From: Fidelibacterota bacterium
Lineage (GTDB): Bacteria > Fidelibacterota > Marinisomatia > Marinisomatales > TCS56
Direction of reading: 5' to 3'
Length of the DNA: 29,359 nucleotides
NCBI GenBank assembly: GCA_043822705.1
Contig: JBDRBK010000130.1
Span: 1 to 29,359, forward strand
Part shown: positions 1 through 8,729 of the stretch, one piece after another
How the letters are laid out: each line of letters starts with the position of its first letter
How positions within the stretch are numbered: position 1 is the stretch's first letter
Made by a program: the position numbers and the translations under genes
Notes under the pieces: generated by a model
Told to the model about the DNA's origin: nothing
Databases searched by the model: none
The model's input: the letters and a program-made list of their open reading frames with translations, nothing else

Positions 1-570
1 AGTCGCTGGGTTCTGGAAACCGCCGCCCGCCAGAACAAGACCTGGCAGAAGCTGGGCCTGAATCCGATTCGGGTCGGCGTTAATCTTTCACCCCAGCATT
101 TTTACACACCGGGACTGATTGAACAGGTCGATGGAATAATCAACGATACCGATCTGGACCCCCGCTACCTGGAGCTGGAAATCACCGAAGGTACGATCAT
201 GTCCAACATGGAAATGGCCGTCGATACCCTGAATCAGTTGCGTGACAAGGGGATCGGTCTGTCGGTGGACGATTTCGGTACCGGCTATTCATCCCTGAAC
301 TACCTGAAACGGTTCCCGATCCGAACCCTGAAAATCGACCGCTCTTTCATCAGCCGTAATCTCGATCAGAATCTTCAGGAAGCGGCCATCGTCAATTCGA
401 TCATCAAGCTTGGGCACAGTCTGAACCTCAATGTAATCGCGGAAGGGGTCGAGACGCAGTCCCAGCTTGATTACCTGCGGAAGAATTACTGCAATGAAAT
501 CCAGGGATTCTATTACAGTAAACCGTTATCGGCCGAAAAACTGGCCGACTTTCTCAAGGCCCGGGAATAG
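1..570 (+). CDS. EAL-domain c-di-GMP phosphodiesterase (3' part, truncated at window start)
   Basis: Frame 1 is open from position 1 (SRWVLETAARQ..VGVNLSP..LELEITEG) and continues into the 199..570 ORF with DDFGTGYSSL, LKIDRSF, IAEGVET and IQGFYYSKP, all EAL motifs. Confidence 0.95.
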   Translation, partial: SRWVLETAARQNKTWQKLGLNPIRVGVNLSPQHFYTPGLIEQVDGIINDTDLDPRYLELEITEGTIMSNMEMAVDTLNQLRDKGIGLSVDDFGTGYSSLNYLKRFPIRTLKIDRSFISRNLDQNLQEAAIVNSIIKLGHSLNLNVIAEGVETQSQLDYLRKNYCNEIQGFYYSKPLSAEKLADFLKARE

Positions 571-626
571 AATCATTCCATAATTCAGCCTTAGATTTAT
601 ATCAGCACGAGGAGAAATCACACAGC

Positions 627-1670
627 ATGTTATTTCAGCGACGAAATTTTCTCAAATCACTGGGTGCTCTTGCGCTGCTGCCCTTGGCTCCGCTGCTGGG
701 GAAATCCGCTACCAAACAACCCCGGCACCTGCTGGCGCCGCGGCTGCGTCCCGGACAGGTGGTCGGGTTAATCAATCCCGCCGGAGTTACCTACCAGCCG
801 GATGACATAGCCATCGCCGAAGAAACGCTGGCCGCTCTAGGTCTGGGCGCCAAACGGGGTAAACACCTGCTGGATCGCTATGGCTACCTGGCGGGGACCG
901 ATCAGGACCGCGCCGCGGATGTGAATGCCATGTTCGCCGATCCGGAGATCGACGCCGTTATGGCGGTGCGGGGCGGCTGGGGCTGCAACCGGATTCTACC
1001 CTACCTGGATTATTCCGCTATCAGCCGGCACCCGAAGATTATCATCGGGTACAGCGATATCACCAGCCTGCTGGTGGCTATTAATGCCCGGACCGGACTG
1101 GTTACCTTCCACGGCCCGGTGGGGATATCGACCTGGAATCCCTTTACGGTCGAACAATTCCGGCAAATTCTGTTCGATGGTGCGCAGGTCCTGATGCGCA
1201 ATCCCGAGGAAACCAATAATCTGGGGGTAATTACCAGAGACCGGGTGCAGACGATCACCGGCGGCAAGGCTCGCGGGCGGCTGGTCGGCGGTAATCTGTC
1301 GGTGCTGGCCGCCATGGTCGGGTCGGATTACTTGCCTGACTGGGATGACAAAGTTCTATTTTTGGAAGAAGTCGGGGAAGATATTTATCGGGTGGACCGG
1401 ATGCTGACCCAGCTCAAACTGGCGGGAATCCTCGACCGGATTCAAGGATTTATTTTCGGCAAATGCACCAAATGCGATCCCGGCGAATCCTACGGATCAC
1501 TGACCCTGGATGAGGTGCTCGCGGATCATGTCAAACCGCTGGGCATACCGGCCTGGCAGGGCGCCATGATCGGTCATATAGAAGATAAATTCACCGTGCC
1601 CGTCGGTGTCGAGGTAGAGATCGATGCTGATTCAGGAACGCTGCAAATGCTGGAAGCGGCGGTAAGCTAA
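627..1670 (+). CDS. ldcA: LD-carboxypeptidase, peptidase family S66, with Tat signal peptide
   Basis: RRNFLK twin-arginine motif plus hydrophobic stretch; RGGWG; Ser-Glu-His triad motifs GYSDITS, FLEEVGE and IGHIED; GGAG RBS upstream. Confidence 0.92.
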   Translation: MLFQRRNFLKSLGALALLPLAPLLGKSATKQPRHLLAPRLRPGQVVGLINPAGVTYQPDDIAIAEETLAALGLGAKRGKHLLDRYGYLAGTDQDRAADVNAMFADPEIDAVMAVRGGWGCNRILPYLDYSAISRHPKIIIGYSDITSLLVAINARTGLVTFHGPVGISTWNPFTVEQFRQILFDGAQVLMRNPEETNNLGVITRDRVQTITGGKARGRLVGGNLSVLAAMVGSDYLPDWDDKVLFLEEVGEDIYRVDRMLTQLKLAGILDRIQGFIFGKCTKCDPGESYGSLTLDEVLADHVKPLGIPAWQGAMIGHIEDKFTVPVGVEVEIDADSGTLQMLEAAVS

Positions 1671-1678
1671 TTCGCCGC

Positions 1679-1879
1679 TCAGGTAAAATGAACCAGCCAT
1701 TCCATATTTTCGCAGAGCCAGGGATTTGCCTGGCGCGGACCGGCCGGCGATTTCTTCTCCGGTCCTACGCCATCGATTAAGTCCGGTTGGACCGGCAACT
1801 GTTCTGTCGCCGGAGATTCGGCGACTTCCGCTTCAGCTAATCCCGCAGCTCCGCGGATTGCAGTTTTTTCCTCCATCAC
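1679..1879 (-). CDS. Small hypothetical protein (66 aa), acidic/Pro-rich with an aromatic C-terminus
   Basis: GAAAGGA RBS precedes GTG-ATG on the minus strand; the ORF fills an otherwise empty gap; no recognisable family. Confidence 0.5.
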   Translation of the reverse strand: MMEEKTAIRGAAGLAEAEVAESPATEQLPVQPDLIDGVGPEKKSPAGPRQANPWLCENMEWLVHFT

Positions 1880-1972
1880 AGGTCCTTTCTTTTTGTATAG
1901 TAAAGAACAATTACTGTGCCAGAAGACAATTGAAATTGACCGGAATATATGTTATAGTCGATCCGAATGCCG

Positions 1973-2866
1973 TCAGAACAGGTCGGTCTTCAGCGTGAAA
2001 TTCTGCAGCGCGGTGACCGTCTCCGGTGAGATATTCGACAGATACATTGACAGCGTATATATTTCCCGCTGCGGTATCGGATAGCGGGTTATGAATTCGA
2101 CCGTCACCCGGCCGGGCCGTTCGTCCTCATCCGGCCGTGGCCGCAGCGTCAGAATTTCCTGATAGGCCGACCGGTTGGGGTTGACGATCCGGGCCGGTGT
2201 TTTCAAAACGGAAAACACGGTTTCGAATAATTCCTGGCGGTAGCCGTAATGCGTGCATCCCAGATAGACCAGGTAACGGTCGAACGACCGCGCCGCCTTG
2301 GTCATAGCTTCCTGGGCGAATTCAAGAATCAGATCATAGACCTGCTGACCGCCGGGATCGTTGGAGATCGTATTGGCCAGTTCGGGACAGGCCTGTGAAA
2401 TAATTGCTGCCGGCGGGATTCCGGCGGCGATCAGTTTTTTGCCGTAGGTACCCTCGTCAACGGTAGTGGGCGTGGCGAAGATCAGGATTCCCTGTCCCGC
2501 TTCGGTATCGAAGGCAGACCGCAGCAGGCCGACGCCGGTATCGACGATCCCGCGGACCGGTGTGAGACTATCACCAGCGTGACCGGTTTCCGGGTAGATT
2601 ACGGATAATGAATTACAGGCGATATATATGCTGTCCGGTGCATACAGCTCATCCACCCGGGCCAGGAAATTCCGGAACGTGGAAATTTTTTCCTGACGGG
2701 ACGACATCGAATTGTAGCCGCGATCATTTTCCGGAACGGCATTGATATATTTTATGGTGACATTTTCCGCCGGCTCGATGGCCTGAATCCGCCGCACCAA
2801 ATCGGCACAGATCGAAAGACCGCCCAACCCGGAATCGGTGATGACTAGTTTGATTTCCTGCTTCAT
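1973..2866 (-). CDS. Asp/Glu racemase family protein (divergent MurI-like)
   Basis: TDSGLGGLS, IACNS and LGCTHY motifs give both catalytic cysteines; ATPTTV and QACPELA are also present. The usual GDxxxxPYG motif is replaced by NAVPENDRGYN. Confidence 0.9.
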   Translation of the reverse strand: MKQEIKLVITDSGLGGLSICADLVRRIQAIEPAENVTIKYINAVPENDRGYNSMSSRQEKISTFRNFLARVDELYAPDSIYIACNSLSVIYPETGHAGDSLTPVRGIVDTGVGLLRSAFDTEAGQGILIFATPTTVDEGTYGKKLIAAGIPPAAIISQACPELANTISNDPGGQQVYDLILEFAQEAMTKAARSFDRYLVYLGCTHYGYRQELFETVFSVLKTPARIVNPNRSAYQEILTLRPRPDEDERPGRVTVEFITRYPIPQREIYTLSMYLSNISPETVTALQNFTLKTDLF

Positions 2867-3582
2867 GAAGTGCCCTGCCGGGTATCGGTAAAATCATCGC
2901 GCAGTAACCGGACCAGCGTTGATTCCAGACTGTCTTTCATTACCGTCAGCGGTTCCGGCGGTAATTCCAGAGTGACCAGCGGCAGATTGTTTTCCGCTGC
3001 CCAGGAACCGAATGATCCCGGAGTCGGGTAACCGACGTCACCGACCAGTTCCAATCCGGTTTCCTGTGCCAGCCGCCGCCCGAGTTCACTTTCGAATGGA
3101 TCATCGATACAGGCCAGCGCCGAATGCAGGGCCACCACCACCCGTGGTTTGATCCGGTCGATAACGGCGATCAGCGCCTGGATTTCCGGTTCGGAGGCGC
3201 CATGGCTGCCGGTGCCCAGCTCAATGTCCTGCGGTTCACCTTTGCGATTGCGGTAAAAGACCGGTCCCGGTGACCAGTTTGAGGCGGGGAAATTCCGGTT
3301 CAAATCGACACCATCGGCGTTGGCCCGGGTGCCGTGAATAGCGCCATCGGGGTTGGCACACAGAATGACCGAACTGTGCAGCTCACTCGCCGGCAGCATG
3401 CGCAGCGCCTCGGAAACCAGTACGATTGTCTCCGGTTCATCGCCATGGATTCCGGATACGATCAACGGCCGTCCGGCCGGAAACGCCGGCAGGCGAATCT
3501 CCAGGGGAATACCAAGGCGGGAATGCCCGTATACCTGTGCTATATGTTCCATCCGACCGCGTCGTGCCCGTTCAACTATCAT
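2863..3582 (-). CDS. mpaA: Murein tripeptide amidase MpaA (M14 zinc carboxypeptidase)
   Basis: GIHGDE (HxxE), NPDG, RANADGVDLNRNFP, LHS, GYPTPGSFGSW and TLELP motifs; AGGAG RBS; 4-nt ATGA overlap with the racemase gene. Confidence 0.9.
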   Translation of the reverse strand: MIVERARRGRMEHIAQVYGHSRLGIPLEIRLPAFPAGRPLIVSGIHGDEPETIVLVSEALRMLPASELHSSVILCANPDGAIHGTRANADGVDLNRNFPASNWSPGPVFYRNRKGEPQDIELGTGSHGASEPEIQALIAVIDRIKPRVVVALHSALACIDDPFESELGRRLAQETGLELVGDVGYPTPGSFGSWAAENNLPLVTLELPPEPLTVMKDSLESTLVRLLRDDFTDTRQGTS

Positions 3583-3755
3583 CCTGCCTCTCCTGTTTTC
3601 CGTTTGGGACTGTTATTGCAGAGAAAAAATTAATCCACCGGCAACCAGCCGTTCAAGACTAAGGATCATTGCCAGCAAGGAAATTTGCCGCTTAAACCGG
3701 TCGGGCGCTGCCGGCGGCGCCGCCCCGGACGGTTCCCGATAGTCAACCGGGCGAT

Positions 3756-3847
3756 TGTAGGACGAACACTGACAAGCAATAGGTAAGAACTCCTACAGCG
3801 GAATCAGATTCCGTCTGATTTTCCCGGTCCACAGGGCTCTGTATTTT
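3756..3847 (+). promoter_or_regulatory. Putative NarL/UvrY-type operator array and promoter (copy 1)
   Basis: TGTAGGA at 3756; right half-sites ACTGACA (3768), TCCTACA (3791) and TCTGATT (3814) exactly 23 bp apart; perfect inverted repeat AATCAGA-n5-TCTGATT (3802-3820); CCGTCTGATTT shared with 11164. Confidence 0.55.
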
Positions 3848-3859
3848 TGCCTTGAGATT

Positions 3860-4390
3860 ATGATACAGTTAAAACCAGATCGGAAAAAAATTCAGCGGGC
3901 CGGCGCAGTTCGTGATGGATATTTTCCCCATGGTGTGAAAAACCCGGGTATCACTGAATTTCCCCTGAAATCGAATTATGACTGGACGGTTACTGATGGT
4001 GTATGGGACCTCTGCTGTTCAGGGGATTTTCATCGGCGCTCCTGCTCCTATGGTATGATTGCGAATTATGGAAAAACAGCCAGATTAGTTGATACGAGTT
4101 TACTCCCGATTCCTACGGTACATCCGAAGGATCCCGGGTTTATTTCACATCATAATATTTCAGGCCCCGGAAAAACCGATGCAGCAGGTAGCAATGAATT
4201 GCCCTACATTTATGCTGTTGATGAAATATGCGGAAAAACGGACATCGAAATACGGTACCAGACGGAACATGCGGAACAGCCGGCTGACAGAACATTGAGT
4301 CGGAACGGAAGATACGGATTATGCAATTCGGTGAGTACCGGGGCCGGAAATGTTATACCAATGAATAAGGATTACACACAGCCAAACTGA
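3860..4390 (+). CDS. Hypothetical ORF (176 aa); may instead or also be a non-coding RNA
   Basis: Open frame lies between the operator array and a strong terminator, but it has no clear RBS, AT-rich codons unlike its neighbours and no recognisable domain. Confidence 0.3.
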   Translation: MIQLKPDRKKIQRAGAVRDGYFPHGVKNPGITEFPLKSNYDWTVTDGVWDLCCSGDFHRRSCSYGMIANYGKTARLVDTSLLPIPTVHPKDPGFISHHNISGPGKTDAAGSNELPYIYAVDEICGKTDIEIRYQTEHAEQPADRTLSRNGRYGLCNSVSTGAGNVIPMNKDYTQPN

Positions 4391-4422
4391 TAGTTTTGTC
4401 CTATATACGATACCCCTCCCAA

Positions 4423-4459
4423 GAGCCCCTATCCCCCCAATGTAGGGGCTCGTTTTTTT
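4423..4459 (+). terminator. Rho-independent terminator with C-rich loop
   Basis: Stem GAGCCCCTA (4423-4431) pairs with TAGGGGCTC (4443-4451); the loop contains TCCCCCCAA; T7 tract at 4453-4459. Confidence 0.85.
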
Positions 4460-4519
4460 ATCTGTAAGCGCTTCGAATTAGTTGGACGGTAAGTGCCTGC
4501 TGTTGGAATAAATTTGAAT

Positions 4520-5284
4520 ATGGATATCACCCGCGATCCAATCCACTCGGACGGCTGGCTGGCAGACAATTACACCGTCCATTCCTATGAAGTCGATCTG
4601 ACCGGCCGCGTTACCCTGCCCAACCTATGCCGCTTCATGCAGGAAGCAGCCTGGAAGCATGCCGAACGTCTGGGGGTCGGTTTTTCCTTCCTGATCCGCG
4701 AAAAACTGTTGTGGGTGTTGGCCCAGCAGCGTATCAGGATATTCCAATATTCCCGGATGGGTGCGACGATTACCATCCGCACCTGGCCGGCGGGGCATGA
4801 TCGCCGGTTCTATTATCGCGATTTCCGTCTGCTGGACGGCGACCGGGAAATCGGCTGCGCCACCACCGCATGGAGCGTGATCGATCTGACGACCCGCCGC
4901 CGGTCGACCAGGGAACTTGATTTCAAGATTTCGAATCCCGTCACTGAGCGGGTATTTTCAGATAAAACGCCGCCGCTGCTGGCGCTGACCGCGACCGACT
5001 GGTCGAACCGGTTGCGCGTCCGTTATGGCGATCTGGATGTGAACAACCACGTGAACAATGTGAAATATATCGAATGGATACTGGAAGGCTTCGAGCGGCA
5101 GTTCCATCAGTCCAACGATCTTGGCGAAATCACGGTCAATTACCTGGCCGAGGCGTTATACCAGGATGAGATCCGGCTCGACCATCAATCAACCGCTGCC
5201 GGTCGCTACCGTCATCGCCTGTCCAATGCCGTCGGCGGGCGCGAACTGTGCCGGGCGGAAACAGCCTGGAACGGCAAAACCTGA
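4520..5284 (+). CDS. Acyl-ACP thioesterase (FatA/FatB-type, double hotdog fold)
   Basis: VHSYEVD..G, MQEAAWKHAE, ITIRTWP, YRDF and DLDVNNHVNNVKYIEW motifs; ATG at 4520 preferred over GTG at 4493. Confidence 0.92.
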   Translation: MDITRDPIHSDGWLADNYTVHSYEVDLTGRVTLPNLCRFMQEAAWKHAERLGVGFSFLIREKLLWVLAQQRIRIFQYSRMGATITIRTWPAGHDRRFYYRDFRLLDGDREIGCATTAWSVIDLTTRRRSTRELDFKISNPVTERVFSDKTPPLLALTATDWSNRLRVRYGDLDVNNHVNNVKYIEWILEGFERQFHQSNDLGEITVNYLAEALYQDEIRLDHQSTAAGRYRHRLSNAVGGRELCRAETAWNGKT

Positions 5285-5324
5285 ATCGACGCCGACGATT
5301 GATTTAATGCCGGTTGGCTGACCA

Positions 5325-6464
5325 ATGGACTATTTATATCAGAGAAGTCAGCGCTACTTTGCCCAGGTGGCCGATGACATCAAGCAACTGGCTGAGGCCG
5401 AATTAGGCTCCCTGGGTGCGCAGGATGTCATCCCGACTTATCGTGGATTGTATTTTTCCGCCGACCGCTCCGCCCTGTACCGGATCAATTTAATGTCCCG
5501 TCTGATCAACCGTGTGCTGGCGCCGCTGGTTACGTTTGACTGCCATTCCGATAAATACCTTTACCTGCGTGCCGGGCAGGTGCTCTGGCAGGATTTCATC
5601 GCGCCGGATCAGACGCTGGCCGTATTCGCCACCGTGACGCATAGCACTATCAAGCATTCCAAATTCGCCGCTCTGCGGCTGAAAGACGCCATCGCCGACC
5701 AGTACCGCACCAGGACCGGGAAACGTCCCTCGATCGACACCCGTGATCCCGATTTGTGGCTGAACCTGCATATTCAGAACAACAAGGCCACGATCAGCGT
5801 GGATACCTCCGGTGGATCGCTGCACCGCCGCGGCTACCGGCAGGCAGGCGTCACCGCGCCGATGATCGAAACCCTGGCGGCGGCCATCATTAAAATGGCG
5901 GAATGGGACGGTTGGACGCCGTTGTACGACCCCTGTTGCGGTTCGGGTACCCTGCTCTGTGAAGCATTCCTGGCGGCGACCAATACACCGGCCGCCGTGC
6001 TGCGGAAAAAATTCGGCTTTGAACGACTGCCCGATTTTGAACCGGAGACCTGGCGGAGTGTCCGGCAACGGGCGTTCGGGCAGATCACTGAGCTGCCGCC
6101 AGGATTGATCGGCGGCTGTGATATTGACCGCCAGACGGTGGCGACGGCCCGGGGGAATTGCACCCTGATAGATAAATCGGGCCGGATCGAGATTATCCAA
6201 AAGGACCTTTTCACAATCCCGGCACTGGAAGACACGACCATCATCGCCAATCCGCCCTACGGCCTGCGGTTGAAGGAGGACGATCTGGCGGATTTCTACC
6301 GGCGCCTCGGCGATTTTCTGAAACAGCGCTGTCATGGTTCGCGGGCCTATATATATTTTGGCGAACGGCAGTATCTGAAGCACATCGGTCTGCGGCCGGC
6401 CTGGAAGCAACCCCTGGCCAACGGCGGACTGGACGGGCGCCTGGCCCGGTTCGATTTGTACTGA
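5325..6464 (+). CDS. rlmL: THUMP-domain class I SAM-dependent RNA methyltransferase (RlmL/YpsC-like, 23S m2G2445)
   Basis: LKDAIAD, DTSGGSLHRRGYR, APMIETLAAA, DPCCGSGT, NPPYG and NGGL motifs; stand-alone size of 379 aa. Confidence 0.9.
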   Translation: MDYLYQRSQRYFAQVADDIKQLAEAELGSLGAQDVIPTYRGLYFSADRSALYRINLMSRLINRVLAPLVTFDCHSDKYLYLRAGQVLWQDFIAPDQTLAVFATVTHSTIKHSKFAALRLKDAIADQYRTRTGKRPSIDTRDPDLWLNLHIQNNKATISVDTSGGSLHRRGYRQAGVTAPMIETLAAAIIKMAEWDGWTPLYDPCCGSGTLLCEAFLAATNTPAAVLRKKFGFERLPDFEPETWRSVRQRAFGQITELPPGLIGGCDIDRQTVATARGNCTLIDKSGRIEIIQKDLFTIPALEDTTIIANPPYGLRLKEDDLADFYRRLGDFLKQRCHGSRAYIYFGERQYLKHIGLRPAWKQPLANGGLDGRLARFDLY

Positions 6465-6521
6465 GCCGGGGGATAGCGATTAACCTCTGCTAAGGTAATT
6501 ATTATTTGCGACCGATAAATC

Positions 6522-8633
6522 ATGAATGAAATCAGCAATCTCCTGATACAGAAAACCGGCCTGTCCGTCGCCGTCGTGCAGAATGTGCTGCAATTGCTGG
6601 AGGACGGCGCCACGATCCCGTTTATCGCCCGTTACCGCAAGGAAATGACCGGCGGCGCCACCGACGAACAACTGCGGGACTTCGCGGAAAATTATCAATA
6701 TGTCCGGAAACTGCTGGAACGCCGGGCCGATATTCTGCGCCTGATCGAAGAACGCGGACACCTGGATCCGAAGATTCAGGAACAGCTACTGAAGGCCGCC
6801 ACTCTCACCGAATTAGAGGATGTGTACCGGCCCTACCGCGAGAAAAAAAGCACCCGGGCCGGCGTGGCGATCGCCAACGGACTCGAACCGCTGGCCGATC
6901 TGCTGGCAGGCGGCCGGTTGAGCTTGGTTGATTTCCGCGAGCGGGCCCGTGCCTTCGTGAAAGGACCGGTCGATTCGGTGGCTGCGGCGGTCCGGGGTGC
7001 CCAGGATATTTTGGCGGAACGCTACAGCGACGATCCCCGCGAGCGCGAGCTGATCCGCGGGCAGGCGCAGCGCAACGGTCTGCTGGAAGTGAAAGCCGGA
7101 CGGCAATTCGATCCCGACGGCGTCTATGCCAATTTCCGCGAGCATGCAGAAAGACTGGCCGGTGTTCCTTCGCATCGTTATTTGGCGATCGACCGGGGCG
7201 TTAATGAAAAGCAATTGTCGGTCCGGGTTGCCTGGGAGATCGAGCGCATCCAGGAAAATATCCGGCGCTATAAATTGCCCCGGTCGGCGGCCGATTCCGT
7301 AGAATTGCTGTACGACGCCTACTGCGACGGCCTGAAACGGCTGTTGCTGCCGTCGGTTGAACGGGAGTTGCTGGCGGAATTGAAGCAGCAGTCCGACCGC
7401 CGCGCGATTGCAGTGTTTGGAAAAAATCTGACCCAATTATTGCTTACGCCTCCAGTGGTTGGAATGACGATCCTGGGTGTCGACCCCGGATTTCGCAGTG
7501 GCTGCAAGCTGGCTGTCATCGATGAAAGCGGTAAATTTTTGGCCTGGGACGTCATTTATCCCACGCCGCCGCGCAGTCAGTTCGCCGAGTCGCAACGGCA
7601 GGTACTGGCGCTGGTGGAAAAATTCGCCGTTAATGCCGTCGCCATCGGTAACGGCACCGCGTCCCGTGAAACCCAGGAGTTTTTCGCCCGCCTGAACCGC
7701 GAGTCGGCCGCCGGACTGAAATATACGGTTGTGTCCGAAGCCGGCGCCTCGGTTTATTCGGCATCGCGACTGGGGCAGGAGGAATATCCCGATCTGGATG
7801 TGACCGTCCGCGGCGCGATCTCGATCGCCCAGCGGTTGCTGGATCCGTTGGCGGCGCTGGTCAAGATCGAGCCCAAGGCCCTGGGGATCGGCCAGTACCA
7901 GCATGCTGTGGACCAGAAACTGCTGGCCCGCCGCCTGCATGAGACAGTGGAGAATTTAGTAAACCGCGTCGGCGTGGAAGTGAATCGCGCCTCGGCGGCC
8001 CTGCTGGCCTATGTGGCCGGCGTTGGACCGAAATTGGCCGCCGGCATAATCGCCTATCGGGATCAGAATGGGGCCTTCTCGACCAAACGCGATCTGCTGA
8101 AAGTACCGGGACTGGGAGCGCGGGCATTCGAACAGTGCGCCGGATTTCTGCGAATCCGTAACGGCGCCAGCCTGCTCGATAATACCGGCGTGCATCCGGA
8201 AAGCTACCGGGCAGCAGCACGTTTGTTGAAGGATTATGATATTAAAACGCTGGAACCCACCGCTGCACTGGCCGCCGACCTGGACCTGGGAACGGAAACA
8301 TTGCAGGATATCATCCGCGAATTAAAGAAACCCGGCTTCGATCCCCGAACCGAATTACCCGAGATTCCTTTCCGCGATGATATCACCGACATCCGCCAAC
8401 TGAAACCGGGCAGCCTGGTCGCCGGCGTGGTGCGCAACATCGTCGACTTCGGTGCCTTCGTCGATATCGGCCTGAAAAACGACGGCCTGATTCATATTTC
8501 TCAGCTCAGCGACCGGCGCGTGGGGCACCCGCTGGAAGTGCTGGCGGTCAACCAGTACCTGCCGCGGATTCGCGTGGTCACTGTCGATGCGGAAAAGGGT
8601 TGGGTCGGCCTGAGCCTGAAGGAAACCGATTGA
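6522..8633 (+). CDS. tex: Tex/YhgF transcription accessory protein with S1 RNA-binding domain
   Basis: GATIPFIARYRKEMTG, GVDPGFRSGCK, IGNGTASRET, SEAGASVYSAS, GIGQYQH, HPESY and a C-terminal S1 domain (NIVDFGAFVDIG..DGLIHISQL). Confidence 0.97.
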   Translation: MNEISNLLIQKTGLSVAVVQNVLQLLEDGATIPFIARYRKEMTGGATDEQLRDFAENYQYVRKLLERRADILRLIEERGHLDPKIQEQLLKAATLTELEDVYRPYREKKSTRAGVAIANGLEPLADLLAGGRLSLVDFRERARAFVKGPVDSVAAAVRGAQDILAERYSDDPRERELIRGQAQRNGLLEVKAGRQFDPDGVYANFREHAERLAGVPSHRYLAIDRGVNEKQLSVRVAWEIERIQENIRRYKLPRSAADSVELLYDAYCDGLKRLLLPSVERELLAELKQQSDRRAIAVFGKNLTQLLLTPPVVGMTILGVDPGFRSGCKLAVIDESGKFLAWDVIYPTPPRSQFAESQRQVLALVEKFAVNAVAIGNGTASRETQEFFARLNRESAAGLKYTVVSEAGASVYSASRLGQEEYPDLDVTVRGAISIAQRLLDPLAALVKIEPKALGIGQYQHAVDQKLLARRLHETVENLVNRVGVEVNRASAALLAYVAGVGPKLAAGIIAYRDQNGAFSTKRDLLKVPGLGARAFEQCAGFLRIRNGASLLDNTGVHPESYRAAARLLKDYDIKTLEPTAALAADLDLGTETLQDIIRELKKPGFDPRTELPEIPFRDDITDIRQLKPGSLVAGVVRNIVDFGAFVDIGLKNDGLIHISQLSDRRVGHPLEVLAVNQYLPRIRVVTVDAEKGWVGLSLKETD

Positions 8634-8729
8634 ACAGACCGGCCGGGGAATTATCGCGTGGATGATTGTTCCTGTCGGCTTAATTTTTCCTGCCCGGATA
8701 AATGCGAAATATATGTTTAAGGAGATTTT

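Noticed and set aside
4230..4372. CRISPR or tandem repeat reading of the CGGA repeats
   Set aside because: The units are only 4-6 nt and irregularly spaced, with no repeat-spacer structure and no cas genes.
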